Part shown: positions 28,843 through 38,889 of the stretch, one piece after another | How positions within the stretch are numbered: position 1 is the stretch's first letter | Layout: every line of letters begins with the position of its first letter | Assembly: GCA_018266355.1 (NCBI GenBank) | Contig: JAFEAP010000029.1 | Location: 400,909-464,908, forward strand | Direction of reading: 5' to 3' | DNA: 64,000 nt | From: Bdellovibrionales bacterium | Lineage (GTDB): Bacteria; Bdellovibrionota; UBA1018 | The notes under the pieces: model-generated | Told to the model about the DNA's origin: nothing | The model's database searches: none | The model's input: only the letters and a program-made list of their open reading frames with translations | Made by a program: the position numbers and the translations under genes

Positions 28843-29744
28843 TGATCCGCTTGGACTCGAATCAAAGACGCGCGCTTCGCGCTTGGACGGCCGGGATCCT
28901 TCTCGTTTTCGCCGCCGGCTGCGGATCCGACGACCTGCCCGATTACTTCCTTCTCGATCGTCTCCGGGTGCTCGGCGCGAACGTGACCGGGTCGGCGGCG
29001 GAATTCTCCGCCGGTGATGCCGGGATCACGGTGGACTTCCACATTTCCGATCCGAAGGGAGCGGGCCGCTCGCTTTCGTATTCGCTCGAGGCCTGCGTCG
29101 ATCCCGGTATCGGGTTCGGCGCGACTCCGACTTGCGCGGGCAACCCGACCCGAACGGTGATCACCGCGAGCGGGTCGTTCACGCCGGGGAGCGCGGCCAC
29201 GAATTATTACGGCGTCCTTACGACGCCGGCGTTTTCCGTTCCCGCGGCGGGCGTGATTTACGTCGATCCGGCGACGGGACTGACCCGGGCGACCTACCAA
29301 CAGCAGAACGGCGTGGGGTACCTCGTGCTCCTCACGCTCACGGCGTCTTCGACCGAGTCGGTGACCGCGTTCAAGCGGGTGATCGTTTCGACGAAGGCGA
29401 CGAAGAACCAGAATCCGACGTTCGCTTCTCCAGCCCTCCTTTTCGCGGGCGTCGACGCTTCCGCGTATTCGCTCACCTCCGATTATTTTACGATGGTAGC
29501 GAACGCCGCGACCGGAGCGGCCGAGAGCTACGTGGCCGAGAACGCGGACGGAACGACGACGAACATGACGGAGAAACTCACCGTGACTTGGCTCTCGAAC
29601 GCGGGATCGATCCGGTATTCGCGGACCGATCCCGCGTTCGAGAATCGCTACACGCCGGAGAGCCCGGCGCCGACGAAGACGAGCTTCATCGCGATCTTGC
29701 GCGACGAACGCGGCGGTCTCGCGGTCTTCGCCCTGCATAAATGA
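28842..29744 (+). CDS. Lipoprotein cotranscribed with the TonB-dependent receptor (unknown function)
   Basis: ATG overlaps the receptor stop (TAATG). Lipobox FAAGCGSD. Ser/Thr-rich. Confidence 0.6.
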   Translation: MIRLDSNQRRALRAWTAGILLVFAAGCGSDDLPDYFLLDRLRVLGANVTGSAAEFSAGDAGITVDFHISDPKGAGRSLSYSLEACVDPGIGFGATPTCAGNPTRTVITASGSFTPGSAATNYYGVLTTPAFSVPAAGVIYVDPATGLTRATYQQQNGVGYLVLLTLTASSTESVTAFKRVIVSTKATKNQNPTFASPALLFAGVDASAYSLTSDYFTMVANAATGAAESYVAENADGTTTNMTEKLTVTWLSNAGSIRYSRTDPAFENRYTPESPAPTKTSFIAILRDERGGLAVFALHK

Positions 29745-30238
29745 CGAAGCCCGTTCGCCATTGGCTCTTCGCGGAGACGCGCGAGATCCCGCTCGCGGTG
29801 GACGCCCCGGGCTTTCGAAACGTATCGGTCGAGGACGCGGAAGCGCTCGGGCCGCTCATGGACCGCGCGTATACGAACACGATCGATTGGGAACGGGAAA
29901 CGCCCGAGCAGTGCGTGGAGGAAATGCGCGGGACGCTGACCGGGAAGTACGGTCCTTTCCTCGACCGCGCGTCGTTCTTGATCGAGACGGAGGGAAGGAT
30001 CGTCTCGGCGTCGCTCGTCACGCTCTATAAGGAGATGCCGCTCCTCGCGTTCTCGATGACCGACCCGGACTTCCAAGGACGCGGATACGGTCGCTTCCTG
30101 ATCGAGCGTTCGCTCAGCGCTCTTTTCGCAGCCGCTTCGCCGGCGCTTTACCTCGCCGTGACGGAGGGGAATTCTTCCGCCCAGCGGCTTTACGCGCGGC
30201 TCGGCTTCCGGACCGCGCCGGAGTCGACGCGCCTTTAG
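29741..30238 (+). CDS. GNAT family acetyltransferase
   Basis: ATG overlaps the upstream stop (ATGA). Motif A QGRGYGRFL. C-terminal LYARLGF. Confidence 0.7.
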   Translation: MTKPVRHWLFAETREIPLAVDAPGFRNVSVEDAEALGPLMDRAYTNTIDWERETPEQCVEEMRGTLTGKYGPFLDRASFLIETEGRIVSASLVTLYKEMPLLAFSMTDPDFQGRGYGRFLIERSLSALFAAASPALYLAVTEGNSSAQRLYARLGFRTAPESTRL

Positions 30239-30677
30239 CCGCCGCGCCCTTCGGGCGCTTCGGTTTCTTTTCTTTCGGCGCCTTTCCGATGCGTGGATCG
30301 CCCGCCCGGATGAGTGCGCAAACGCGCAGCACGTCTTCTTCGAACGTCGGCGCCTCTTCGGGCAGGTTATGCCAGGTCGTCGGCCCGGAGGTTTCGAACA
30401 TGAAGATCTCGCGGAGGGCCGGGATCTCGCGCTTGATCGACTCCACCTGATCGACCGGGGAGACGACCCAGACGCCGTTGTCCTTCGGGTTCGCATCCTT
30501 CTGGCGAAGGATGAGGAGGATCTTTTCGTCGCGATAGACCGCGTGTGCGCCGAACATCGGGCGTACGAGGGTATACACCCCGTCGAGCTCGTCGAGGACG
30601 AACGAGAAGGGAACGGGTTTCTTCAATTTCGGTTTCGGATCGGAGACGCGCGCGCCCGAGCGTTTACGGAGAGCCAT
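30114..30677 (-). CDS. Hypothetical protein with histone-H1/AlgP-like lysine/alanine-rich C-terminal tail
   Basis: ATG at 30677 with GAGGAAAAGG upstream. Globular N-domain carries an MFG motif. The tail KAPKEKKPKRPKGAAAKGASTPAR… overlaps the 3' end of the convergent GNAT gene by about 125 nt, so the true C-terminus is uncertain. Confidence 0.4.
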   Translation of the reverse strand: MALRKRSGARVSDPKPKLKKPVPFSFVLDELDGVYTLVRPMFGAHAVYRDEKILLILRQKDANPKDNGVWVVSPVDQVESIKREIPALREIFMFETSGPTTWHNLPEEAPTFEEDVLRVCALIRAGDPRIGKAPKEKKPKRPKGAAAKGASTPARSGSRAARKAAGRKNSPPSRRGKAPAKRLRKER

Positions 30678-30861
30678 GCCTTTTCCTCGCACCGATGCGG
30701 CTACCCGGAAAGCGGAAAAGGAAAAACCCCGGGAGGTCAGGCTCCCGGGGTTCTTAGGTGTGTACGATGAGATCGGGTGCTCACTTTCCTTCGCTTCACG
30801 CTCAGGAACAGGCTCGAAAGAGCCTGACGTTGCGCCCCCGAAAATCCGCTCGAGCGGATTT

Positions 30862-31629
30862 TTACTCGAGGCCCGGAACTTGGTCGTGGTACCAGTTCTT
30901 GAGCACTTGCTTCATCGTTTCTTCGTTCGTGCCCCAGTTCTTGGCGGCGTCCGCGACGGTGGCCTTCATGTCGGCCTTGTCGCCGTTCATCGCGCTCAGA
31001 ACGGCCTTCTTCACGCGAGTGTAGTCGACTCCGTAGAGCTTCTGGGAGAACTCGGCGAAGTCCTTCTCGGTCTTCGCGCGTTGCTTGCCGATCTTCGCCC
31101 AGTCGTTGAGGGTACGAGCGATTTGCACGCCCTTCGAGACGGAGAGGTTGTACTTCGCCGCGAGGTCCTTACCGGCCTTCTCGACGATCTTCGACTCGGC
31201 CTTCGCGACGTCGCGAACCATGTCGCGGCCGCCGGAGCCCTTCTTCTTGTTGAGGGCGTTGCCGTAGTCGTCATACAGGATGCCGGTCGGGGAGACCCAG
31301 CCCCATCCGGTGTACTCATAGAGAACGCCGTTCAGGTAGTAATCCCAGGTGTTGTACTCCGGCCAATAGTAGTCGTTGAAGTACGGATCTTCGAAATCCA
31401 TGATCTTCACGAGGTCGGAACCCCAAGCGTAGTAGTTACAGCCGGGGCCGGGGCCTTGGGCGGCCGTCGCGCATCCGTTTCCGTATACGTCGAACCAGGC
31501 ATAGACGACCGGATCGATGATGATCACGCCGCCGCCGCCGCCACCGCCGCCGTTACAGGCGGAGAGGCCGGCCATCATCGCGAGGCCCGCGAGACCCATC
31601 AGGGAATTTTTAATCAGGGACTTTTTCAT
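30862..31629 (-). CDS. Lipoprotein, Gly-run plus aromatic-rich domain (unknown)
   Basis: Lipobox GLSAC followed by G8. The W/Y-rich region resembles a carbohydrate-binding module. Confidence 0.6.
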   Translation of the reverse strand: MKKSLIKNSLMGLAGLAMMAGLSACNGGGGGGGGVIIIDPVVYAWFDVYGNGCATAAQGPGPGCNYYAWGSDLVKIMDFEDPYFNDYYWPEYNTWDYYLNGVLYEYTGWGWVSPTGILYDDYGNALNKKKGSGGRDMVRDVAKAESKIVEKAGKDLAAKYNLSVSKGVQIARTLNDWAKIGKQRAKTEKDFAEFSQKLYGVDYTRVKKAVLSAMNGDKADMKATVADAAKNWGTNEETMKQVLKNWYHDQVPGLE

Positions 31630-31887
31630 TTCTAAATGCTCCTAGTGGTTTGGGACTAAGCGACTCCATCGAATAAAATTGTGAAGTCGTCTCCCGGCCA
31701 TGGTGCAGTCGATGTGCCAAACGGCCAATAAAAGTGCAGCGCAGTGTGTTAAGACTTTGAATTCGCTCCGTAAACGGAGGAAAAGCGCACGCCTCGGGTG
31801 GTCGCGTTAATAGCAAAAGCTCGGGTGCGAAACGACGCCTCGGAGCCGTTTCGAACCGACCGCTTTTCCCGAGAAAACCGCCTTCTT

Positions 31888-34800
31888 TTAGAAACGGTAG
31901 GGAATGCGAAGGAATCGGTCACCGCAGAAATAGACGGCTTCCGAGGGGTTCGCCACGGTTGGCTCGGTGCGTGCGAGCCAGTCACAATCGTCGGTGAGCG
32001 TCTGGATCCGAAGTGCGGCGGGGCGAATCAAATCGACGCTCACGCCGTTCTTCCGAAGCGGCACGATGAGCTCCGCGCCCGGGTAAGCGCCGAAACCGTC
32101 GGGGATTTGGATCGCGGGCAACCGGACGCCGTCGCTCTCCGCGACCGCCGGAATGAACGTGCGCTCGAAGAGCGCGGAGGCGAGGAAGGTGTATCGGCGA
32201 AGCGACGTGAGGAGATTCTTCTCCGTCGTCGAGTCCCGGTAAATCACGTCGTAGTTCGCTTGGATGAACGCCGCGAGGCCCGTCGGCGCGGAGGCCGGCC
32301 CCTCGCTGAAGGCGGCGATCGTCTTGTAGGCGGTATCCGCGGCGGAATCCGGAGTCACCTTGCGGTCGAGCACGAGGTACCGGTCGCCCGCTTTCACGAC
32401 GCCGCTCACGCGCTGGGAAGTCACGCTCGAGTTGCCCGCGAACGTCGTCGCCGCGGCGAGCGGGTTCGCGTCGAGCGCATAGGCCTTGATGCTTTCGACG
32501 GCTTGGAGATTCCGGAAACGCGGGACTTCGACCGGGTAGACTTTCGGAGCGGCGCCCGCGGCCGAGACTTCCATCGCGAAGACCTTCGCGAAGTAATCGC
32601 CCGTTTCCGTGATCAAGATCGCGATCCGGCCGGCTTTACGGTCGGCCGCGCTCTGGTTCAGCAGCGAAAGGAAACTCGTATCCTTCGGGAGGATCGAGTC
32701 GTTCGGCATCGCGATCGAGCGCACGCCGTCTTCCGTCGCCGGATCGTGATAATAAAGGTGCGCGTCGGCGTCCTCGTCCTTGTACGCGTTCGGATTCCAC
32801 GGATCGAACTTCTTCTGCTCCGCTTTCGGAGTCATGCCGGCGCCGGCCCAAGCCTGGACCAGGCGGTCTCCGGAACGGAGCCACTGGAAGCGGTCGAGCT
32901 GGAGGACGGCCGTGCGGTTCTTGAAGAGGTAGGACGGAAGGACCTCGTTCCCGTCCGCGTCGCGATAGTCGAAGCGGAAATACGGGAGGTGGTCCTCTTC
33001 CTCGCTCGGGATGTAGACCGAGAAAACGTAATCGGGTTTGCCGTCGAGATTCACGTCGAGGCGCTGGGCGGTCCGGGGCGCGCCGTTTTCGACGGCGGGC
33101 ACGGGTTTGACGGGGCCGGCGACGTAGTGGCGGGCGCCTGCGTCGCGGACTTCGCGGATGATCTGGTAGTTCCAAGTCTCATCTGTGCGTTCGATCGAGA
33201 CGTAATCCTGCTCGGGGCGCCCGTCCATCGACTGGACGGAGAAAATCACGCCGTTCGGGTTCACCTTGCCCTCGACCGGGATCGTGACGGCGTTCGGGAG
33301 CTTCGCGTCCTTATCGAGGACGACGGAAATCTGGAGGGGGATGCGGATCTTCTGGGCCGGGCCGCCGTCGGCGGAAATCTCGAGGACGAGCGTCGCGTCG
33401 GAGGTCAGACGCGGATCGAGGACCGCGAGCGCGGTCTCGAGCGAGCGCACCTCGCCGGATTTCCAATTCGCGAGCGAGAACTCGGCCTTCTTCACCCGGA
33501 TTTGCCCGAGCTTTTCGTCGCGCTTCGAGAGCGTGAGTCGGGCGCGGACTTTTTTCGCGGTCTTCCAGATGTTTTTCAGGTCGATCGCGAGTTCGGCCTC
33601 GTTCGCCTTGCGGTCCCAGAGGGTCGGGTAGACGCCCTTGTTTTCGGGCGTGAAGAACGGCCGAGGCGCGATCGAAATCGCGCGGGAAACGTCGAGATTC
33701 CCCGTCAGGACGACTTTACCCTCGGAGTACTCCATCGGGCGCGCTCCGGCGAGGAGCCGGGCGATCGTTTCGCCGTAGGAATATCCCTGCGAACGCAGGA
33801 TCGCGGCGGCGCCCGCGACGTACGGGCTCGCGAACGAGGTCCCGCTGTCGAAGTCGTAGCCTTGGCGATCGGTGAAATAAATCGGATCGGCTTCGCGGTC
33901 GATCGTCGAGAGGATGCTGAATCCCGGGGCGGCGAGGTCGACGCCCGAACCGAAATTCGAGAACTCCGAGATCTTTCCGTCCGGATCGTGCGCGCCGACG
34001 CAAACGACGCCTTCGTACTGGCACGGGAAAACGAGCGCGTCGGTCGAATCGTTTCCGGCGGCGGAAACGACGATGATTCCCTTTTCCTGGGCGGTCTTCA
34101 CGGCGTCGCGCATGAGCGGGGAGTCGGCGCGACCGTTCCATCCGAGGGAGAGGTTGATCACGTTCGCTTTTTCGGCGATCGCGTAAAGCATCCCGCGGAC
34201 GACGGTCGAAACGAGGCTCATCGCCTTTTCCGGATCCGAGACGCCGTTCGTCTCGGCGCCCGGTTCCTCGGTGATCACGCGCACGCCGAGGATCTTCGCC
34301 TTCGGCGCGATGCCGCGGACGCCGACGCCGTTATTCGCGATCGCGGCGATCACGCCGGCGACCTTCGTGCCGTGGCCGGAACCTTCCTCGAACTGCTCTG
34401 CGATGTCGGGCGAGCCGTATTGGCCGGAGACCTTCGATTTCTTGCCGACGAAGTTCCATCCGTGGCAGTCCATCGGATAGCCGTTCCTGTCGGCGTCGAG
34501 CTTCAGGTACTGGTTGTCGCAGGTCGTGCTCGGCTTGTTCGCGGCCTTCGCGTCGGCGACGCAGGCGTTATATTTCGCGAGATTCTCGCATTCGGCGGTC
34601 TTCGTGACGAACTGACCGGAGAGGTCCTCGTGATCGGCGTCGAATCCGGAGTCGAGGACGGCGACGACCATCCCCGCGCCTTCTTTCGAATAGGAGGGTA
34701 GGTGGACGTCCTCGCCGATCTTCCCTTTCACGACGATCGAGGTGAAGTTATCGAGGTAGAATTTGCGGGAGTCGCCGTTGTTCGAAATGCCCCAGAGTTC

Positions 34801-35154
34801 GGGCGAAAGCGGATCGCGACCGTTCAGCGACCGCGCCTTCACCTTGCGGTCGACTTCGACCTTCAGGTGGAGGTTCTTCGCGCGAACGGTGACGTCGGCC
34901 GCGACGTTCCCGGGCGCGACGAGAAGGGTCGCCGCCATGTCGGGCCGGCCGAGCTTCAGGAGAAGCTTCTGCTCGTTCTCGGTGAAGAGCGGCGCGGTCC
35001 GGATGGTCTTTCCGGCCGAAGCGCGGAATTTCGCGAGATTCGCCGCCTTACCGGTGAGGATGAGGTTTTCCGCGCGCGCGGCGCCCGCGGTCAGCGCCGT
35101 CGAGACGAGGAAGGCGGTCGAAAGGAGGGCGAGCCGGGATCCGAGCTTCGTCAT
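31888..35154 (-). CDS. Large secreted subtilisin-like serine protease (S8) with ~600-aa C-terminal extension
   Basis: Signal peptide. Catalytic triad motifs VAVLDSGFD, GHGTKVAG, GTSFASPYVAG. 1088 aa. Confidence 0.8.
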   Translation of the reverse strand: MTKLGSRLALLSTAFLVSTALTAGAARAENLILTGKAANLAKFRASAGKTIRTAPLFTENEQKLLLKLGRPDMAATLLVAPGNVAADVTVRAKNLHLKVEVDRKVKARSLNGRDPLSPELWGISNNGDSRKFYLDNFTSIVVKGKIGEDVHLPSYSKEGAGMVVAVLDSGFDADHEDLSGQFVTKTAECENLAKYNACVADAKAANKPSTTCDNQYLKLDADRNGYPMDCHGWNFVGKKSKVSGQYGSPDIAEQFEEGSGHGTKVAGVIAAIANNGVGVRGIAPKAKILGVRVITEEPGAETNGVSDPEKAMSLVSTVVRGMLYAIAEKANVINLSLGWNGRADSPLMRDAVKTAQEKGIIVVSAAGNDSTDALVFPCQYEGVVCVGAHDPDGKISEFSNFGSGVDLAAPGFSILSTIDREADPIYFTDRQGYDFDSGTSFASPYVAGAAAILRSQGYSYGETIARLLAGARPMEYSEGKVVLTGNLDVSRAISIAPRPFFTPENKGVYPTLWDRKANEAELAIDLKNIWKTAKKVRARLTLSKRDEKLGQIRVKKAEFSLANWKSGEVRSLETALAVLDPRLTSDATLVLEISADGGPAQKIRIPLQISVVLDKDAKLPNAVTIPVEGKVNPNGVIFSVQSMDGRPEQDYVSIERTDETWNYQIIREVRDAGARHYVAGPVKPVPAVENGAPRTAQRLDVNLDGKPDYVFSVYIPSEEEDHLPYFRFDYRDADGNEVLPSYLFKNRTAVLQLDRFQWLRSGDRLVQAWAGAGMTPKAEQKKFDPWNPNAYKDEDADAHLYYHDPATEDGVRSIAMPNDSILPKDTSFLSLLNQSAADRKAGRIAILITETGDYFAKVFAMEVSAAGAAPKVYPVEVPRFRNLQAVESIKAYALDANPLAAATTFAGNSSVTSQRVSGVVKAGDRYLVLDRKVTPDSAADTAYKTIAAFSEGPASAPTGLAAFIQANYDVIYRDSTTEKNLLTSLRRYTFLASALFERTFIPAVAESDGVRLPAIQIPDGFGAYPGAELIVPLRKNGVSVDLIRPAALRIQTLTDDCDWLARTEPTVANPSEAVYFCGDRFLRIPYRF

Positions 35155-38100
35155 AAGCCGTCTCCGAAGTAGCGCGCCTGCAGTTCGTAGTCCGAGATCT
35201 GCCAGTCTTGGCCGTTCGTGTAGACCTTCAGGTCGCGGAACGGCCCGAGGGAGACCGGCGTCTGAACGGTCCCGATCGTGTCGGTCACGTAATCCGTTTC
35301 CCCGTTCTTGTTTTGGGCGTTCTCGTCGCCTTTACGGAAACCGCTGACGCGGACTTGGAAGAAGAAGTTTTCCTTACCGATCCGATTCAGGAAACGCGAG
35401 ACGTCGAGGTGTTTGTTCACGAGGTAAATCGTGGTCGAGAGCCATTCGGTGTATTTTTCCTTCTGGTCGCGCGGCGGGGCGTTCCGCACGTGGCGCATCA
35501 CCTTCCGCATCCAGGGTTGGATGCAGCGGTTCCAGATCTTCTTCTTCGCCTTCTCGTCGTCGAGTTTCTCGAATTGCTCGAGATCGGGTTCGATCTTCCG
35601 GTCGGCGAAATAATTTCGGCAACGTTTCCGGTAGTCTTCCGGATCGACCCAGTCGAGGAGATTCAGCATCAATTCCTGGCGCGACTTCGGGCCGAAGAAC
35701 TCCTTCTCGATCTTATCGACCGCGCTCGGGTAGAGGAGCACGCTCGAACGGATCTCGTAGGCTTGGAGCTGCGTCGTGGACGCGAACATGTCGCGGCGGA
35801 AAATCGGCGAACCGAGGTTCAAATCGTTCACCTCGCCTTGGAGGCGATCGAGGATCTTCAGCAGCTTGTCCTTCGCGAGGAACCATCCCGAGTAATAGTC
35901 CTCGAGGATGAGCATCGGTTTGAACTCGCGTCCCGGGGTGACTTCGGCTTCGGCGCGGACCTGGCTCCAATTCGCGGAACCGAGGAACGTTCCCGACGGG
36001 TTCTGGTTCGTCCCCGAATCGAGGAGGCCCCCGACGCCGACGGCTTTCGAGAGGACTTGGCCGACGAGCCCGTACGGGTTCTTGCCCGAGAGGTTCATTT
36101 TCCGCGCGCTGTAGAGCGTGCGCGTCTCGCCCTTCACGTCGAAAACGTGGAGCGGATCGGCCGGAGGAGTCAGCGAAACGCGGTTCGTTTCCGCGTAGTT
36201 CGCCCAGTTCCAAAGCAGCACCTTCGCGCTCCGGGATTTCCCCTTCAGGTCATGGTGGATGGCGTACGGCGGGGCGATCTCCTCCGCGCGGTCCATCTCG
36301 TTCTTGAACATGAGATCGGAGATCGCCATGAGGAGTTTTTTCCGGTCGCCCGCGAGCTTATCGTCTTTCGCCTTGTCCTCGTCGGTGACCGAGGAAAGGT
36401 CGAGCATGAGGGCGTCGGTATCGGCCGTGCCCTTCTTTTTGTTCGCGGCGACTTTCGCGAGTTCGATCCAAGCGGTGAAGTTCACCGCCCCGCCGAGCGC
36501 GCGCGTGTTCATCTTCGTGTCGTAGACGGTGAACTGATCGCCCTTGCGCATGAACATCAGTCGTTTCAGGATCGCCCACTGGCCGGTGACGCTCACGCCG
36601 ACCGAGGGCGCGATCTTTCCGTAGAGGTCCTTACCGACGAGGTCCATCACGCCCATGCCCGCGATCGTAGTGAGCGGAATTTGGACTTGGGGCGTGATCT
36701 GGTTCACGTAGGAATCGGTGATCGTGTAGACTTCGTTGTCGCGGACGTCGTCGAGGAAGCCCTTCAGCGTGCTGAGGACGACGGTGTCTTCGAGGTCTTC
36801 CGGGAGCTTCGACGGAATTTCCGGGTCGGAAGAGACGTCGGGAATCTCGCGGCCCTCCGGAAGCGCCGAGCCGAAAGTTTTTTCGTAGAGCGCTTTCACG
36901 TTCGGCGTCGGATCGACCGGGGCCGGGTATTTTTTCGCGTCGAAGTCGCAGCCGTCGTACGGAGCTTTCAGCCCCTGGGCCTCGCAGACCGTCTTCTTCG
37001 TCGTATTGTAAGCGGTGAGCTGCTTTTGGTACGCTGGCCAGAGGGTGTTCGAATTCTTCGCCCAGCTCCGCTGGGCCTCGTCGTAAGCGCCTTCGAAGGC
37101 GACGAACTTCCGGTGGAGGACTTTCCAGGTGAGGACCTTGCTCGTGCCCTTCAGGAAGCCCGGTACGAAGAGGTTCTTCCACTTCTCGTTCTTCACCGCT
37201 TCGAGCGAAGCGATCGGACGGACGTGGGTGTAGGTGCGCTGGTAGGTGACCGAGGCGCCGAAGCCGAAGTTCTGGAGGTAAGTCCGGCCGTCGACGCCGC
37301 CGAACGCCCCGACGCTCGCGCCGACGATGAAATTATCGACGAGCTGGGCCTTCGAATCGGAGCCGTAGTAGGTGCCGGTCACGAGCGAACGCGAGGCGTT
37401 CATCTGCAGGCCGTAGAGCGGCTGGACCCACGGCTTCAGCGGCATCACGTACGGATCGTTCGGATGCTCCTGGAAGTGCTTCACGATGTCGTCGAGGAGG
37501 TTCTGCTTGTGGGCGTCGACCCCGTCGGTCACGTCCTTGAACTGGAGTTCTTTGTTGATCTTATCGGTGAGCGCATGGATCCCTTGGGCGAGGGTTTCCA
37601 TCTTCACGTAGTGCTTCAGCTCGCTCCACCGAAGCGGCGAGGCCGGGTCGCCGACCGTGAACCGCGCGGCATAGTTCGGGTAGTATTCCTGGGTGGCTTC
37701 GCCTTTCACGACGGCGCCAGTCGAAATATAGACGTCGTAGGGCAGCTTCGCCGGGACTTCGCCCCCGAGGTTGAAGATTTGAATCATGTGGTTCCGGCGC
37801 GCGACGACCTTCTCGAGCAGCAACGCGGAAATATCGGCCGGGTAATTCGCCTGGTCGATGATCGCCTTCAGTTCCGGTTTCGTGAGTGCGCCGATCTTCC
37901 GCGCGGCCCATCGCGCGTCCTCGTACGTCGTTTCCTTGAACGCGGTGACGTACTCGTGCGAGAGCATGATGTTTTCGCCGAAGATCCGGGCGAATTCCCA
38001 AGGGAAGATGTTCACGCTATTTTCGGAGAGACGGACGTCGAGGAGCATGAGCGGGATGATGAGGGCCCGCATCGCGCGGTGGCCCGCGATCCACGCGGTG

Positions 38101-38768
38101 TTGATCTTGCCGTTATAGAGCTGGGGGACGTCGATCCGCGGGTATTCGAGGTTCACGTCCTGGAGGCTGACGACGAGGTTCTTTTCGTCGACCGCTTTCA
38201 GCCACCGGTCGCGAGAGAACTCGGTTTCGAACGCGAAGTTCTCGACGAAGTTCTTCATCTGCTCGGCGGTGTCGAATCGGACGGCGAGGTTCTTGTAATG
38301 TTTAGGCATGTCGACCGGGTAGCCGAGCGCGCGAAGCATGGCCGCGGTCATGATCGCCTGATGGTTGTCCATGTCGACGACGAGACGGAACGGGCGATTG
38401 TAGAATTCGACTTGGCCCCGGTACATGCCGTTCGGCTCGACGTCGTTCAGGAAATGCACCTGGGATCCGTCGCCCGGATAACCGAACTTGTCGGCGTTCG
38501 AGATCGGAAGCTTCGCCGGTTGCCACGGGTCGCTCGGGATCGGATCGAGCGTCGAGAGGTCGAATCCCTTTTTCATGAGCGCGGTCGCTTCGTCGCGGTC
38601 GATCGCGCGGCCTTGGTAGACGAGGTCGATCGCCGGTGCGCCCGTCGTCTTGATCTCCATCGGGAGTTCGTTCGGGGAGTCCGCCGCGCGCACGGTAGAC
38701 GAAACGCTTCCGCCGAGAACGACGAGAGTGACGAGCGCGAGATGAATGAGGTTCCGCGGCAGTTTCAT
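35151..38768 (-). CDS. Giant secreted hypothetical protein (1205 aa) cotranscribed with the S8 protease
   Basis: Internal ATG at 38768 preceded by GGAG SD. Signal peptide MKLPRNLIHLALVTLVVLGGSVSSTVRA. 4-nt overlap with the protease start. No recognisable domain. Confidence 0.65.
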   Translation of the reverse strand: MKLPRNLIHLALVTLVVLGGSVSSTVRAADSPNELPMEIKTTGAPAIDLVYQGRAIDRDEATALMKKGFDLSTLDPIPSDPWQPAKLPISNADKFGYPGDGSQVHFLNDVEPNGMYRGQVEFYNRPFRLVVDMDNHQAIMTAAMLRALGYPVDMPKHYKNLAVRFDTAEQMKNFVENFAFETEFSRDRWLKAVDEKNLVVSLQDVNLEYPRIDVPQLYNGKINTAWIAGHRAMRALIIPLMLLDVRLSENSVNIFPWEFARIFGENIMLSHEYVTAFKETTYEDARWAARKIGALTKPELKAIIDQANYPADISALLLEKVVARRNHMIQIFNLGGEVPAKLPYDVYISTGAVVKGEATQEYYPNYAARFTVGDPASPLRWSELKHYVKMETLAQGIHALTDKINKELQFKDVTDGVDAHKQNLLDDIVKHFQEHPNDPYVMPLKPWVQPLYGLQMNASRSLVTGTYYGSDSKAQLVDNFIVGASVGAFGGVDGRTYLQNFGFGASVTYQRTYTHVRPIASLEAVKNEKWKNLFVPGFLKGTSKVLTWKVLHRKFVAFEGAYDEAQRSWAKNSNTLWPAYQKQLTAYNTTKKTVCEAQGLKAPYDGCDFDAKKYPAPVDPTPNVKALYEKTFGSALPEGREIPDVSSDPEIPSKLPEDLEDTVVLSTLKGFLDDVRDNEVYTITDSYVNQITPQVQIPLTTIAGMGVMDLVGKDLYGKIAPSVGVSVTGQWAILKRLMFMRKGDQFTVYDTKMNTRALGGAVNFTAWIELAKVAANKKKGTADTDALMLDLSSVTDEDKAKDDKLAGDRKKLLMAISDLMFKNEMDRAEEIAPPYAIHHDLKGKSRSAKVLLWNWANYAETNRVSLTPPADPLHVFDVKGETRTLYSARKMNLSGKNPYGLVGQVLSKAVGVGGLLDSGTNQNPSGTFLGSANWSQVRAEAEVTPGREFKPMLILEDYYSGWFLAKDKLLKILDRLQGEVNDLNLGSPIFRRDMFASTTQLQAYEIRSSVLLYPSAVDKIEKEFFGPKSRQELMLNLLDWVDPEDYRKRCRNYFADRKIEPDLEQFEKLDDEKAKKKIWNRCIQPWMRKVMRHVRNAPPRDQKEKYTEWLSTTIYLVNKHLDVSRFLNRIGKENFFFQVRVSGFRKGDENAQNKNGETDYVTDTIGTVQTPVSLGPFRDLKVYTNGQDWQISDYELQARYFGDGL

Positions 38769-38889
38769 GGGACTCCTGGGCCGGCGGTTCATATCAAAAA
38801 TGACGCGCGGTGTAAAGACTGAGTGGCGACTTCCGCAACCGAAGTGCAGGAGGACCTGGCTGGGGGGTATTATTTCACGTCCGTGAAAC

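Noticed and set aside
31798-38822. ORFs 31798..34701(+), 35208..38822(+)
   Set aside because: Antisense of the S8 protease and the 1205-aa protein.
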